A stretch of 64,000 bases of DNA from the NCBI GenBank assembly GCA_036785375.1, contig JAWMAR010000084.1:7130001-7194000 (forward strand). The letters are read 5' to 3'. This DNA is from Leucoraja ocellata (Eukaryota). Every line of letters starts with the position of its first letter. Position 1 is the stretch's first letter. Positions 62,118 through 64,000 of the stretch are shown piece after piece. The notes beneath the pieces are model-generated. The model saw only the letters and a list, made by a program, of their open reading frames with translations, was not told the DNA's origin and made no database searches. The translations under genes and the position numbers were made by a program.

Positions 62118-62426
62118 TTTTAGTTTAGTTTAGTTTAGAGATACAGCATAGAAACAGGCCCTTTGGCCCACCGAGTCTGCACCAACCAGCGATCCCTGCA
62201 CATTAACACTATCCTACAGATACTAGGGACAATTTACACATACACCAAGCCAATGAACCTACATGCCTATACGTCTTTGGAGTGTGGGAGGAAACCGAAG
62301 ATCTCGGAGAAAACCCACACGGTCATGGGGAGAAGGTTAAACACCATACAAACAGCACCTGTAGTTGGGATCGTACCCTGGTCTCCGGAGCTGCAAGCGC
62401 TGTAAGGCAGCAACTCTACTACTGAC
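62118..62426 (-). mobile_element. V-SINE (HE1-like)
   Basis: (tttag)n tail and antisense V-domain. Confidence 0.85.
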
Positions 62427-62589
62427 CCATTTGAAATGCTGCAGTCATCAGTCAATGAGATTGTGAAAGAGGAGCAGCAGGCAAGGAGCGGCAAGGAATA
62501 GGGAGGAAGACAGATATACTGTCAGCTATTGTGGAACATTAAAGATTCATAGCAGCCCTCAGGTTATTAAAGCAGATAACCTGGGCAGC

Positions 62590-63400
62590 AGAGTGGGCAA
62601 ATGCATGGCAGATGCAGTAAAATGTGGATAAATGTGAGGTTATCCACTTTGGTGGCACAGAAAAGGAAAGTAGACTATTATCTGAATGGTGGCCGATTAG
62701 GAAAAGGGGAGATGCAACGAGACCTGGGTGTCATGGTACACCAGTCATTGAAAGTAGGCATGCAGGTGCAGCAGGCAGTGAAGAAAGCGAATGGTATGTT
62801 AGCATTCATAGCAAAAGGATTTGAGTATAGGAGCAGGGAGGTTCTACTGCAGTTGTACAGGGTCTTGGTGAGACCACACCTGGAGTATTGCGTACAGTTT
62901 TGGTCTCCTAATCTGAGGAAGGACATTATTGCCATAGAGGGAGTACAGAGAAGGTTCACCAGACTGATTCCTGGGATGTCAGGATTTTCATATGAAGAAA
63001 GACTGGATAGACTTGGCTTGTACTCACTAGAATTTAGAAGATTGAGGGGGGTCTTATAGAAACTTACAAAATTCTTAAGGGGTTGGACAGGCTAGATGCA
63101 GGAAGATTGTTCCCAATGTTGGGGAAGTCCAGAACAAGGGGTCACAGTTTACGGATAAAGGGGAAATCTTTTAGGACTGAGATGAGAAAAGCATTTTTTA
63201 CACAGAGTGGTGAATCTCTGGAATTTGCTGCCACATAATGTAATTGAGGTCAGTTCATTGGCTATATTTAAGAGGGAGTTAGATGTGGCCATTGTGGCTA
63301 AAGGGATCAGGATGTATGGAGAGAAAGCAGGTGTAGGATACTGAGTTGTATGATCAGCCATGCAGGCTCGAAGAGCTGAATGGCCTACTCTGTTTCTATG
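62590..63400 (+). mobile_element. 5'-truncated CR1
   Basis: RDLGVMV, RPHLEYCVQFWSP and RRLRG; gtttctatgt tail. Confidence 0.93.
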
Positions 63401-63414
63401 TACACTACTGTCAT

Positions 63415-63680
63415 GTTTTAGAAGATATTTTGACGAGAATTGGCACCAGCAGAAAATTAACATACCAAGGCGACAATATTTGTATTTTCAGAGATTATCG
63501 TGCTGAGGTTGTTAAGAGAAGAGCACTTTTTCACGAGACAAGAGCAATCCTGAGGAAGATCCCAATGCTCAGATATGGACTGCTGTACCCTGCCAAGTTG
63601 CGAATCACCTACAAGGACACAGAATCCTTCTTTACTGATCCCAAAAAGCACTCTCTCGGGAGATTGAAAAGTCGTTGAAG
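63415..63680 (+). pseudogene. L1-clade LINE ORF1p C-terminal fragment
   Basis: LTYQGDNICIFRDYRAEVVKRR..LRYGLLYPAKLRITY..FFTDP, typical of the Transposase_22 / L1 ORF1 C-terminal domain. Confidence 0.85.
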
Positions 63681-64000
63681 GGATGAATAACATCCCACGG
63701 CTTTAATAGCCGGCAGAGAACTGGACACCAAGGTGTTATAACTTAAAGATCTAAGTTTGGTGAACACGTTAGATTACTATTAATTACTACTAATAAAAAA
63801 ATATTATTAATTATTGTTAAGAAGTTCAAGCAATACTTGACATGTAAACTTTACCCCTAATACTAAACTAACACTTCCTAGGGGGGGGGGAAATTGGCCT
63901 ACTGTTTTTCAAAAAAATCAATTCAATTATTGCTAATTTTATTTGGGACTATAAGACCCATAGAATAAACAAAAGACATCTATGGAAGTCTAAGGCTAAT

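Overview
This is eukaryotic, not prokaryotic, DNA: a repeat-dense vertebrate intronic or intergenic region. It is most likely from a cartilaginous fish (skate or ray), judged from HE1-like V-SINEs and the CR1 and Penelope repeat style; that assignment is inference. I see no intact host protein gene, rRNA, true tRNA or CRISPR array. Nearly all long ORFs belong to mobile elements: a near-intact CR1 LINE (esterase ORF1 plus APE-RT ORF2) and many CR1 fragments, Rex1/Babar-type LINE pieces, two Gypsy fragments, a decayed but end-to-end DIRS tyrosine-recombinase element with inverted repeats and ICR, two non-autonomous Helitrons, Harbinger- and Kolobok-like MITEs, an RTE-derived short retroposon, an L1 ORF1 remnant, about 10 tRNA-derived SINEs and many Penelope-derived short repeats. 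Most worth follow-up: (1) a ~100-nt Penelope-derived unit carrying a minimal hammerhead-ribozyme-like core, seen once as a standalone insertion between 18-bp direct repeats and several times as fold-back pairs; (2) Helitrons carrying a duplicated GC-box/TATA/ETS promoter-like module upstream of a 48-bp minisatellite; (3) a clean 31-nt candidate micro-exon on the minus strand. All calls were made by eye with no database searches, and element boundaries are approximate unless termini are quoted.
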